This document shows positions 39,511 through 46,797 of a stretch of DNA of 56,064 nt, piece after piece (within the stretch, counting starts at the first letter, position 1; every line of letters starts with the position of its first letter). Position numbers and translations under genes: made by a program. This stretch comes from a virus (lineage: Duplodnaviria > Caudoviricetes): the IMG/VR virus record IMGVR_UViG_3300025106_000003, positions 1 through 56,064 of that record; one strand, 5' to 3'. A model generated the notes under the pieces. The model was not told the origin of the DNA. It made no database searches and saw only the letters and a program-made list of their open reading frames with translations.

Positions 39511-39619
39511 AAGCGTGTGGCGCGATAAAGCGCGTAAAGTCGCCAGCGTGTAGGTAACATGCGGATAACTACACCAACAGACCCGCCTCTTGTGGGTTAA
39601 AATCCTATCGCGCTTACCA
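39511..39619 (+). ncRNA. tRNA-like RNA with replaced/elongated anticodon arm
   Basis: AAGCGTG/CGCGCTT+ACCA; D stem GCGC; T arm GTGGG-TTAAAAT-CCTAT; GTGTAG/CTACAC helix. Confidence 0.55.
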
Positions 39620-39624
39620 ATTTA

Positions 39625-39784
39625 AAGAACGTGGCGGAAGTCAAACGCTTTCGTTTAAGTCCTCTATAGCTCAGAGTAGAGCATCGGCATTGTCCGAAGG
39701 TCAGAGAAGTAACGAACTCTTAGATGCAAAGACAACGAAGACACAAAAGCTTAGTGTGAAAAGTCCAAACCTTTTCCGTTCTTT
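39625..39784 (+). ncRNA. Leu-like tRNA whose anticodon loop contains a nested degenerate tRNA (39660-39728)
   Basis: Outer AAGAACG/CGTTCTT, TGGCGGAA..AACGC D arm, TTCGT/ACGAA stem, V arm, T arm; inner TAGCTCAG..TAGAGCA, TCGG/CCGA, AGGTC, AGAG/CTCT. Confidence 0.6.
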
Positions 39785-39786
39785 AA

Positions 39787-40272
39787 TTATTTAAGAGATT
39801 CAGATTGTTTTACAATTTGCTTACATAATAAAATAAGCTCGTCGTAAAGTAAATCTTGTTTAATTCTATTGGCTTTGTTAGAAGTTAGTCCGCAATTTTC
39901 TAGGGAGGAGTCTCCTCCGCGAGATGTAGGAATAATGTGATCTAATGAATAATCTTCTGGTTTATCTAAATCTATCAATTCCCCAGTCAAATAACATTTT
40001 GGGACAGGGCCGATTTTATTTAAAAGATCCTTTAGAGTAAACCGAATTATTTTAGGTCTGGTTTTACTTTTCGGATTGCCTCGATAGAAGTCTGACATCT
40101 TAGTAACCAATGGGTTTCTTTTGCGATAATTTTTATACGCCTGACTCATTGACTTTTTTCGGTTTGGACTAAAATGATAAATTAAAGTCCACTTAGATAT
40201 TTGAAGTTCATCGGAAATTTCCTGATAAGTTTTTCCGTTTTCTAACATTTTTATTATTTTTTCTTTGTCCAT
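39787..40272 (-). CDS. HTH-HNH homing endonuclease
   Basis: GKTYQEISDEL HTH; CYLTG...SLDHIIPTSRGG...ENCGL..KAN. Confidence 0.8.
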   Translation of the reverse strand: MDKEKIIKMLENGKTYQEISDELQISKWTLIYHFSPNRKKSMSQAYKNYRKRNPLVTKMSDFYRGNPKSKTRPKIIRFTLKDLLNKIGPVPKCYLTGELIDLDKPEDYSLDHIIPTSRGGDSSLENCGLTSNKANRIKQDLLYDELILLCKQIVKQSESLK

Positions 40273-40329
40273 ATGCAATACTTACACTTGTAAGACAGTA
40301 ATGTGAAACTTGCAATGGATATATTAAAT

Positions 40330-40405
40330 GGGGTTGTAGCATAAGAGGAAGTGCGCTTGTTTTGCAAACAAGAGTGTGTGATTTCGAGCATCATCAACTC
40401 CACCA
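40330..40405 (+). tRNA. tRNA-Ala(UGC)
   Basis: G3:U70; CTTGT-TTTGCAA-ACAAG; ACCA. Confidence 0.85.
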
Positions 40406-40414
40406 TTTATTTAT

Positions 40415-40491
40415 CGCTACTGAGCAGGAACGGTGACAGGCACGAGACTGAAAATCTTGGGAACTCGGTTCGACTCCGAGAGTAGCGGCCA
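40415..40491 (+). tRNA. tRNA-Phe(GAA)
   Basis: CGAGA-CTGAAAA-TCTTG; CTCGG-TTCGACT-CCGAG. Confidence 0.8.
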
Positions 40492-40987
40492 ATGAAAACA
40501 TGGTAGGCTCTATGCAGACCTCCGGTAAAATCCGGCGTGTTGGGTTAGTCGATAAGACCCTCCAATTTCCCGAATACCAAGGCGGGTTCCGCTGACCAGA
40601 TCCAGTGTGGTAGCTACTCAGGCGAGATAGCGATAACGAGATGCGTAAAAAGCCCTTAACGGTTGCAATCAGTGAGCCACAAAAAAGGTTAGTTATTCGG
40701 GATTTAAATTTTCACAAAACCTAGATCGGGGTATACAAACGACGAAGTTGCGCTAGTAGGTCGCTAAAATACGCTGTGCGGTAATAGGATAATGTAACGC
40801 AATACAGAAAGCTAGAAGTTAGGGGAGGCAACTCTCAGTCCTTTTAGTCCTTTGTGAAAAATTTTGAGAGCAGCATTAACTTGCTTGAAATGGGTTAAGT
40901 CCTAAACTCTCATGGTGTGCAGACCTATCCTGTAATAGTAGCAATCCTCTACGAATTCGGCTCGATAAGAGTATGGATAAATTTTAT

Positions 40988-41062
40988 AGGTTAGAGTATC
41001 AACAGCATGATTACCTCTCTGTCGAAGAGGATCGAGCGGGGCAGCACCCGTCTAACCTGCCA
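40988..41062 (+). tRNA. tRNA-Asp(GUC)
   Basis: CCTCT-CTGTCGA-AGAGG; G73 CCA; T loop GGCAGCA. Confidence 0.75.
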
Positions 41063-41070
41063 ATTTAAAT

Positions 41071-41157
41071 ACATGGGTGGAGGAATGGTAAACTCAGCGG
41101 GTTGTTACCCCGCCTTTCGAAAGAAAATTGAACGTTCAAGTCGTTCTCCATGTGCCA
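41071..41157 (+). tRNA. tRNA-Asn(GUU) with variable arm
   Basis: GCGGG-TTGTTAC-CCCGC; CTTTCGAAAGAAA variable hairpin; GCCA. Confidence 0.75.
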
Positions 41158-41162
41158 TATAA

Positions 41163-41250
41163 GCCAACGTGACCGGAATTGGTATCGGCCCGTTTTTGTA
41201 AATCGGTATGGGGAAACCCTTTGCAGGTTCGACGCCTGTCGTTGGCTCCA
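41163..41250 (+). tRNA. tRNA-Thr(UGU) with variable arm
   Basis: GCCAACG/CGTTGGC TCCA; loop TTTGTAA; GGG-GAAA-CCC V arm. Confidence 0.7.
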
Positions 41251-41259
41251 ATAATTTAT

Positions 41260-41343
41260 GCAATCGTCTGTTAGCGGCAATACAAACTGACTTTTAATCA
41301 GTCGCCCATTTGGGCTTCGAGAGTTCGAGTCTCTCCGGTTGCA
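41260..41343 (+). tRNA. tRNA-Lys(UUU) with variable arm
   Basis: ACTGA-CTTTTAA-TCAGT; GCCCA-TT-TGGGC V arm. Confidence 0.75.
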
Positions 41344-42445
41344 AATCTTCTAAGTTAATATATTCTTTTTCATACCATAATTCAAATGAATACCCATGTT
41401 TAAGATATTCTTGACGTTTATCTATCATATTTTGGTAATCTAGGGTATATTTACTTTTCACCTCAATTATTTTATTATACGCTGGAAGATAAAAATCTGG
41501 AATTGCTACTCGATTCATCAGTTTTTGAGAATCCCAATAAACGATGCGTAATCCTTCTACCTCATAATCTATTTTTTGTTCATCAAAAATTTTGGCTAAT
41601 TCTAATTCGTAAGATGATCTATAAAAAACTCGCTTGTTGTTCCATGTAGTATGGAACCCATGCTTATATCTTAAGCAGGATGGTGGTGTTTGCCTGCCAG
41701 ATATTAGTGCGTTATTATGAGATTGAGATAAGTTTCTAAAACCTATACCAAGGCACGTTAACAATTTAGATAAATTTCCAACATTATTGTGGTTATATTT
41801 GTCGCAGATTTGTTGTAGAGATAGCTTTCGATCCCAGTAATCTTCTCGTAGCATTAGGGAAACACGATCAAATTCGCGATAAGCGTCAACGCTCCCCAGT
41901 GTGGTGAGATCAAACCCAAAGTATTTATTTAGCCCTTTAAATAATTGAGGGCTTTTACAGATTTCCTTACGCTCACATTCAGATTTCCCACAAATATTAC
42001 ATTTTCTTATTTTTGCATTATATTGTGCTGCTTTTCTCACTTTTCGTAACTTCCTACAGCCAGAACATATTTTTTTCCCCATATTTTTTGAATATAATAA
42101 TATGTCCGCGCCACATTTTATACAGTTGCTTGATATTTTTGGTGCATGCGCGTTGCTATATATGGCAGCACAGGAGCGTGAACAAAATAAGTGTTTGCTT
42201 TTTTTAACCTGACATATCGGGCGCGTAAACTTACTATCACATACCTCGCATGAATATTCTTGAGCGGTTGTTTTTCGTTTCGTATCGCAAAGTCTAGAGC
42301 ATATATCGCTTTGAGAACCGCTTATTATCGAGTGGTATATATTCTTTTTAGTTCTTTGAAATACTTTATGACAAGCATCACATTCTAAATTCAACAGCGT
42401 TTTTTGTGCAGCATTTTGGTATTCAGATTCGGTATAAAGTTTCAT
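41294..42445 (-). CDS. putative homing endonuclease (Zn-finger repeats plus TnsA-like PD-(D/E)XK domain)
   Basis: Multiple CxxC/FCSRSC; YRSSYE...PDFYLP..IIEVKS; 3' end overlaps tRNA-Lys antisense. Confidence 0.7.
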   Translation of the reverse strand: MKLYTESEYQNAAQKTLLNLECDACHKVFQRTKKNIYHSIISGSQSDICSRLCDTKRKTTAQEYSCEVCDSKFTRPICQVKKSKHLFCSRSCAAIYSNAHAPKISSNCIKCGADILLYSKNMGKKICSGCRKLRKVRKAAQYNAKIRKCNICGKSECERKEICKSPQLFKGLNKYFGFDLTTLGSVDAYREFDRVSLMLREDYWDRKLSLQQICDKYNHNNVGNLSKLLTCLGIGFRNLSQSHNNALISGRQTPPSCLRYKHGFHTTWNNKRVFYRSSYELELAKIFDEQKIDYEVEGLRIVYWDSQKLMNRVAIPDFYLPAYNKIIEVKSKYTLDYQNMIDKRQEYLKHGYSFELWYEKEYINLEDLQPERLELSKPKWATD

Positions 42446-42600
42446 ATATGTATAATTACACTTATCAACTCCTTTTGGGAGCATCTTTCTATTACCACCG
42501 GACCCACCATTTTACGTAAAAGAAATTCCTCTTTCCATTCGGGAATAGGTGGAAAGTGATAAGGAGGGGTAAAAGTCCCAACCTTCCCACATTTTAGTAT

Positions 42601-42677
42601 GGTCTTATCATCCAACTGGCAGGATTCCCGTCCGATTAACGGGGCATGATTGGGTTCGAATCCCTCTAAGACTACCA
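42601..42677 (+). tRNA. degenerate tRNA, apparent GAU anticodon
   Basis: GGTCTTA/TAAGACT ACCA; CCCGT-CCGATTA-ACGGG (C33, U37). Confidence 0.5.
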
Positions 42678-42760
42678 TCAGTCTGCGGTAAGCGCAGACA
42701 TAAATTTTATATCAAAAAGGTGAAATTCCCGTTCGTCTGTAAAAGGCTTTGGTATATTAC

Positions 42761-42834
42761 CGCCTGCTAGTTTAAATTATAGAACAACCCCATGAAGAGG
42801 GGTAGATGTCGATTATCCACGACAAGGGCGACCA
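42761..42834 (+). tRNA. degenerate tRNA, apparent GAA anticodon
   Basis: ACCCC-ATGAAGA-GGGGT; imperfect acceptor and T arm; ACCA. Confidence 0.45.
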
Positions 42835-42836
42835 TT

Positions 42837-43112
42837 TTATTCCTTGAAATGCACTTCTCTGTGGCAATTTGCGCATAGAAGATCGCACTTATTTATTTCT
42901 GCGACAATCTCTTCCTGAGAAAAGCCTTCGCCGTACATGGCAGAGGAAAGCTTAAACTTCTTCTCTTTCGGGTTCCTGTGATGAAACTCAAGGGCGTCCA
43001 GACATTTGGAGTAACCGCAAGTTTTGCATTTGCCTCCCGCAAGTAATTTAAATCGATTTTTTGCAAGCTTTCTTCGCATAGCTTTCGTCAGTGAGGGAGA
43101 TTTAATTGCCAT
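42837..43112 (-). CDS. small HNH endonuclease
   Basis: CKTCGY...ALEFHH...KCDLLCANCHREVH. Confidence 0.8.
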   Translation of the reverse strand: MAIKSPSLTKAMRRKLAKNRFKLLAGGKCKTCGYSKCLDALEFHHRNPKEKKFKLSSAMYGEGFSQEEIVAEINKCDLLCANCHREVHFKE

Positions 43113-43169
43113 ATTAACAATAGTATACACGATTTAATGACAAAAGGGTGTATTTACAGGAAGAATCCC

Positions 43170-43742
43170 ATGAAATCAAAATTGTACAAACTTATCTTCG
43201 CTTTAGCGTTTTCGGTTGCGTTTTGCTGCTGCGATGAAACAGTCGCGCAGCTTCCCGCGCCGAACCAGATCGTTGTTAATACGGGCGGCACTTTATTTCT
43301 CAGCGGAATAGAAGTCATTCCAAATAACACAAATATCAAATTAAATGGAGGCGAAATAGACATCATTGGGGGCGGCACAGAAACCGTAGGAAAATTGACT
43401 CTCTCAAAAGACTCCGCAATCAACATCGACACGCTGATGAATTTTTCCCTTTATTTTAAGAATAGCTCTATGGAGAAGTGGAAGGGAAACTTAATCATAA
43501 CAGGATGGACTGGAGACGCTTACGGAGGATACACGACTAAAATATTTGTAGGCAATAACGCTAATGGATTAAATCAAAATCAGCTTAACTCAATATCGTT
43601 TGCTGGTTTTGGAAATGGCGCGATACTTCTTGGAAGCGGCGAACTGTGTCCGATTGCCGTGCCAGAACTCAATCCTTGGACTGGAGCGGTGGCGATCTTC
43701 CTGCTGATAGTGGCTATTGAATGCCGCATGAAAAAAAGATAA
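43170..43742 (+). CDS. secreted PEP-CTERM-type surface protein
   Basis: Signal peptide; Gly/Asn/Thr beta-helix-like body; C-terminal AVPE + TM helix + RMKKR. Confidence 0.7.
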   Translation: MKSKLYKLIFALAFSVAFCCCDETVAQLPAPNQIVVNTGGTLFLSGIEVIPNNTNIKLNGGEIDIIGGGTETVGKLTLSKDSAINIDTLMNFSLYFKNSSMEKWKGNLIITGWTGDAYGGYTTKIFVGNNANGLNQNQLNSISFAGFGNGAILLGSGELCPIAVPELNPWTGAVAIFLLIVAIECRMKKR

Positions 43743-43886
43743 TTTCCCTATAGCTAGGGGTTACGGGTGCGGAATAATTAAATAGTTCGCACCTAGAGCA
43801 GATAGATAGACAATTGGATAGGTTCGATTCCTTAACGCTGGTGCGCTCTTATTGTTGAGAACGTCCGTGAAATCCTGCTAATTTTT

Positions 43887-44029
43887 TGATCCGTGGAGAA
43901 TGGGAAACTCACTAGCGATAGCAATGAATAATACAGCAAAAGAAGTTGGCTCATAATCGACCGTTCTGTTAGTTAATGTCTATAAGTCTTGAAACATGCT
44001 AGAGGTCTGGTTCGAATCCAGCGGATCTA
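43887..44029 (+). ncRNA. initiator-tRNA-like RNA with CAU anticodon hairpin on a long stalk
   Basis: TGATCCG/CGGATCT (1:72 mismatch), GAG/CTC D stem, CTAGC/GCTAG, apical GTTGG-CTCATAA-TCGAC, CTGG-TTCGAAT-CCAG. Confidence 0.6.
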
Positions 44030-44035
44030 TTTTAT

Positions 44036-44106
44036 GGAGCGATAGTTTAAATGAAGAACACTGCAATAATGCAGAGGTGTGTGATCGTAATCCGCAAACT
44101 CCTCCA
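44036..44106 (+). pseudogene. pseudo-tRNA with 4-nt anticodon loop
   Basis: GGAG/CTCC TCCA; D arm; CTGCA-ATAA-TGCAG. Confidence 0.45.
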
Positions 44107-44192
44107 TTCTGTCGAAGATGGCGTTTAAATCGCCACTGTAGCGCAAAGAGACAGTTAGCTCAACCCTAGAGCATCGACGCAATTTTTTATAT

Positions 44193-44271
44193 GGTGTACG
44201 AATCCGAAGTGACCGAGGAAATGGACTGTGAATCCATTCATTAGCGAGTTTAAGTCTCGTCGTATACCCCA
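44193..44271 (+). tRNA. tRNA-His(GUG)
   Basis: G-1:C73 8-bp acceptor; ATGGA-CTGTGAA-TCCAT. Confidence 0.8.
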
Positions 44272-44274
44272 AAT

Positions 44275-44349
44275 TGCGATGTCGGCAACAGTAGTCACTC
44301 TCACTCTGAATGAGAAAAAGTCTTGGGGCGGAACCAAGCATCGCAGCCA
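44275..44349 (+). tRNA. tRNA-Gln(CUG)
   Basis: U1-A72, G73; TCTCA-CTCTGAA-TGAGA. Confidence 0.75.
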
Positions 44350-44356
44350 TTTTTAT

Positions 44357-44427
44357 TCCCTTGTAGTGTAAAGGTAGCACACGGCTCTTTGAAAGCCTGA
44401 GTTTCGGTTCAAATCCTGACAAGGGAG
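44357..44427 (+). tRNA. tRNA-Gln(UUG)
   Basis: TCCCTTG/CAAGGGA G; GGCT-CTTTGAA-AGCC. Confidence 0.75.
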
Positions 44428-44440
44428 CGTATTGGTTTTT

Positions 44441-44517
44441 GGGAATTTAGCTTAAATTGGCAGAGCAAGAAACTCTTAATTTCTAAGGTGTCGGATCATT
44501 GCCGACAGTTCCCACCA
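44441..44517 (+). tRNA. tRNA-Lys(CUU)
   Basis: AGAAA-CTCTTAA-TTTCT; ACCA. Confidence 0.8.
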
Positions 44518-44596
44518 TTTACCATACAAGCTCCTAGATTAAAATAGTGTAAAATCGTGGGGCGGCTGTCACTATAAAGCCAGTGTGGGAATTTAT

Positions 44597-44692
44597 ACGG
44601 ATGGGGCTATGGTAGCCGAGAACTCTCCAAAGGTTCTGTGCTTAATCGGAAGAAGCGGCGTCGATAGGGTTCGATTCCCTACATCCGTGCCA
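44597..44692 (+). tRNA. tRNA-Trp(CCA) with long variable region
   Basis: GAACT-CTCCAAA-GGTTC; ~28-nt V region; TAGGG-TTCGATT-CCCTA; GCCA. Confidence 0.65.
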
Positions 44693-44755
44693 TTTCGCGA
44701 CAAAATGTAACAAAACTTCCTTGGCTCAAACCAATTATTTAGTGTAATATCCGTC

Positions 44756-45004
44756 ATGACTTTAGATATTTTCCTAATTGCCCAAGCAGAGGCCCTAGCC
44801 AATGGCAGGTATGTCCATCAGGTGCAGAACATGGTCGCGGCGTATCGCGCAGCCTACGAGTTTGCCGTGGCGTCAGGCGTCCAATCAGACATAGATGTAT
44901 TTCACGAAGCTCAAGCCGATCTAAGGCGTTTTATTCATAGAAGAAGGGTAGAGAAAACTGATCCCGATGAATACGATATAGACGTAATAAGGAGTGCTTC
45001 TTAA
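44756..45004 (+). CDS. hypothetical protein
   Basis: 82-aa ORF with GTGTA motif 9 nt upstream. Confidence 0.55.
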   Translation: MTLDIFLIAQAEALANGRYVHQVQNMVAAYRAAYEFAVASGVQSDIDVFHEAQADLRRFIHRRRVEKTDPDEYDIDVIRSAS

Positions 45005-45179
45005 CAATTTCAACCGTAATGGTAAATTATCCAGCGATGGATATCGGAAACACAAATAAGTAACCTCTTAATATTGAGGCGAATGATGTTTTCAAATCGC
45101 CCGTTGAATTACGGGCTGTGAAGGTGCAAGAACTCGTCGTAGACTGTCACGCGAAAAACAGCACGGTTGAATTAATTTC

Positions 45180-45597
45180 GGGGGCGTTTTGGTTTCGATT
45201 TGTTGTCGTACTGCCTCCTTACAAGCAGAGGAAATCATCTTGGCCTCTATAAAATGGTGATAACAAAAAATAAATGCTAAGTTCAAAACGAACCTAGTCT
45301 CCAGCCTCAAGGGGTTGATTAAGGAAGTCTCCGACTTCTTTGCTCCTTCCCAAGAGTTGGCTTTCGCCTAAGAAATTAGGAGAGAAAGGATAGTTGCGAG
45401 AGGTTAAACCGGAAATTTGTATCGCAATGATTCTGACCGCAAAAGAAGGAAAGATGACAATGGTTGATGTCATTTAAATAAACAACTGCGGAAATAACAT
45501 CAGTAACAATACGCGACAGTGATAATCCTGATTGAAGCTTGTAAGTAATAGGAACATAAAAATAACAAACACGCGGGTTCGAATCCCGCCGCTTCCA
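45180..45597 (+). ncRNA. ssrA: tmRNA
   Basis: GGGGGCG..GGTTTCGA 5' end; GCGGGTTCGAATCCCGCCGCTTCCA 3' end (G3:U70); tag ORF 45276-45371 ending LAFA*. Confidence 0.85.
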
Positions 45598-45599
45598 TT

Positions 45600-46193
45600 C
45601 TATTTAAGATGAGATAAAAACTCTATAAATTCATCATGAGATAATTCACCCTTGGCATAATTTATATTTCTGCTTACGAACTGAACATTTCCCTTCTGAT
45701 AAGGAAGGGCAGAGTCTATTCTGTCAACAGATGCATATAGATAGGTTTTTACTTTTAAATGATTTGAGTGAGTGGGAAGTAATAGCTTTATTTTCGAATA
45801 TGGGCATATTCCGTCTTGAGATTCCCATTGTTCTTTCAGATCAACTAGAGACAATAAGTTTGGTTTACGATTTTTGTTTGAAATACATTTAAGTAAATAT
45901 CGAAATGGGGTAAGCTTATCAGAGTTATCATATCCAGATAACATCTTCCCCTCTGAGCGAAGTTTTTTTAACGTTGTTTTAATTATTTCTATCTGTTGTG
46001 GATTATTACGCTGACATCCGCATCCTTTAATTTTTCCCCTAACTAAATCATAAAGATCACAAGTTTTAATAGTGCCACAATCGCATTCGACTTCGACTTT
46101 GCGATGAGTAATGAACTGTTTGATTGTTAAGTGAGCAATTTTAGTATTTAAGTATAATTGTTGATTTTTAGTTAATTTTTCTTTATTATTCAT
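45600..46193 (-). CDS. HNH-like homing endonuclease
   Basis: CDCG..GCGC; Q.GICPYS...SVDRIDS..Y.KGNVQFV..IN.AK. Confidence 0.75.
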   Translation of the reverse strand: MNNKEKLTKNQQLYLNTKIAHLTIKQFITHRKVEVECDCGTIKTCDLYDLVRGKIKGCGCQRNNPQQIEIIKTTLKKLRSEGKMLSGYDNSDKLTPFRYLLKCISNKNRKPNLLSLVDLKEQWESQDGICPYSKIKLLLPTHSNHLKVKTYLYASVDRIDSALPYQKGNVQFVSRNINYAKGELSHDEFIEFLSHLK

Positions 46194-46240
46194 ATCATAT
46201 TATACACTTCAATTCCCGTCGTGTCCACTATTATTTTTTT

Positions 46241-46316
46241 GCGGCAGTAGGAGAATGGTAGATCCACTTCCCTCCAAGGAAGACACTTGCGGGTTCGACT
46301 CCCGTTTGCCGCGCCA
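46241..46316 (+). tRNA. tRNA with 6-nt anticodon loop (Gly- or Trp-derived)
   Basis: GCGGCAG/TTGCCGC GCCA; CTTCC-CTCCAA-GGAAG. Confidence 0.55.
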
Positions 46317-46478
46317 TTTTGTGCTGCCATACGATGCACATATGTCGTATGAGCCGTAGAGATAAATCTGGTGACTCCAGTAAGGCTCTATGGTAATCGG
46401 GCGCACGGTCGTAAGATTGGGTTCGTCTCCTTTATATATCGACTCTCTGCGATTCCCCGTAGTGGCACAAAATTTTAT

Positions 46479-46556
46479 GAGCATGAGCGCGAAGTGGATA
46501 GCGGCCAGATTCTCAATCTGGTATCCTAGAGGGTTCAAGTCCCTTCATGCTTGCCA
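46479..46556 (+). tRNA. tRNA-Glu(CUC)
   Basis: CCAGA-TTCTCAA-TCTGG; GCCA. Confidence 0.75.
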
Positions 46557-46560
46557 ATTT

Positions 46561-46632
46561 GATCGTATAATGTAATGGATAGCATAAAAATTTCCTAAAT
46601 TTTTCGTCCCCGTTCGAATCGGGGTATGATCA
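46561..46632 (+). tRNA. tRNA-Arg(CCU)
   Basis: AAAAT-TTCCTAA-ATTTT; GATCGTA/TATGATC. Confidence 0.75.
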
Positions 46633-46637
46633 CCCTT

Positions 46638-46711
46638 GGGTGATTCGTCTAGTGGCAGGACGGGACATTGACATTGTTCAAACAGAGTTTCGATTACTCT
46701 ATTACCCACCA
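46638..46711 (+). tRNA. tRNA-Val(GAC)
   Basis: GGACA-TTGACAT-TGTTC; ACCA. Confidence 0.75.
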
Positions 46712-46719
46712 AATTTTAT

Positions 46720-46793
46720 GTCTCTTGAGTGTGTTGGATGCACGAAACTTTGCGAAGGTTTTAGGAGAGGTTCGATTCCTCTAGGAGACACCA
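46720..46793 (+). tRNA. tRNA-Arg(GCG)
   Basis: AAACT-TTGCGAA-GGTTT; AGAGG-TTCGATT-CCTCT; ACCA. Confidence 0.75.
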
Positions 46794-46797
46794 AAAT

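Noticed and set aside
39650-39740. Archaeal bulge-helix-bulge intron motif at the nested tRNA
   Set aside because: The bulges lie 5' of a 3-bp central helix, the opposite geometry to BHB.
36780-40980. Group I intron or RNase P RNA among the spacers
   Set aside because: Only isolated words (AGACTA, ATAGTC, GAGGAAA) were found, without the ordered conserved core.
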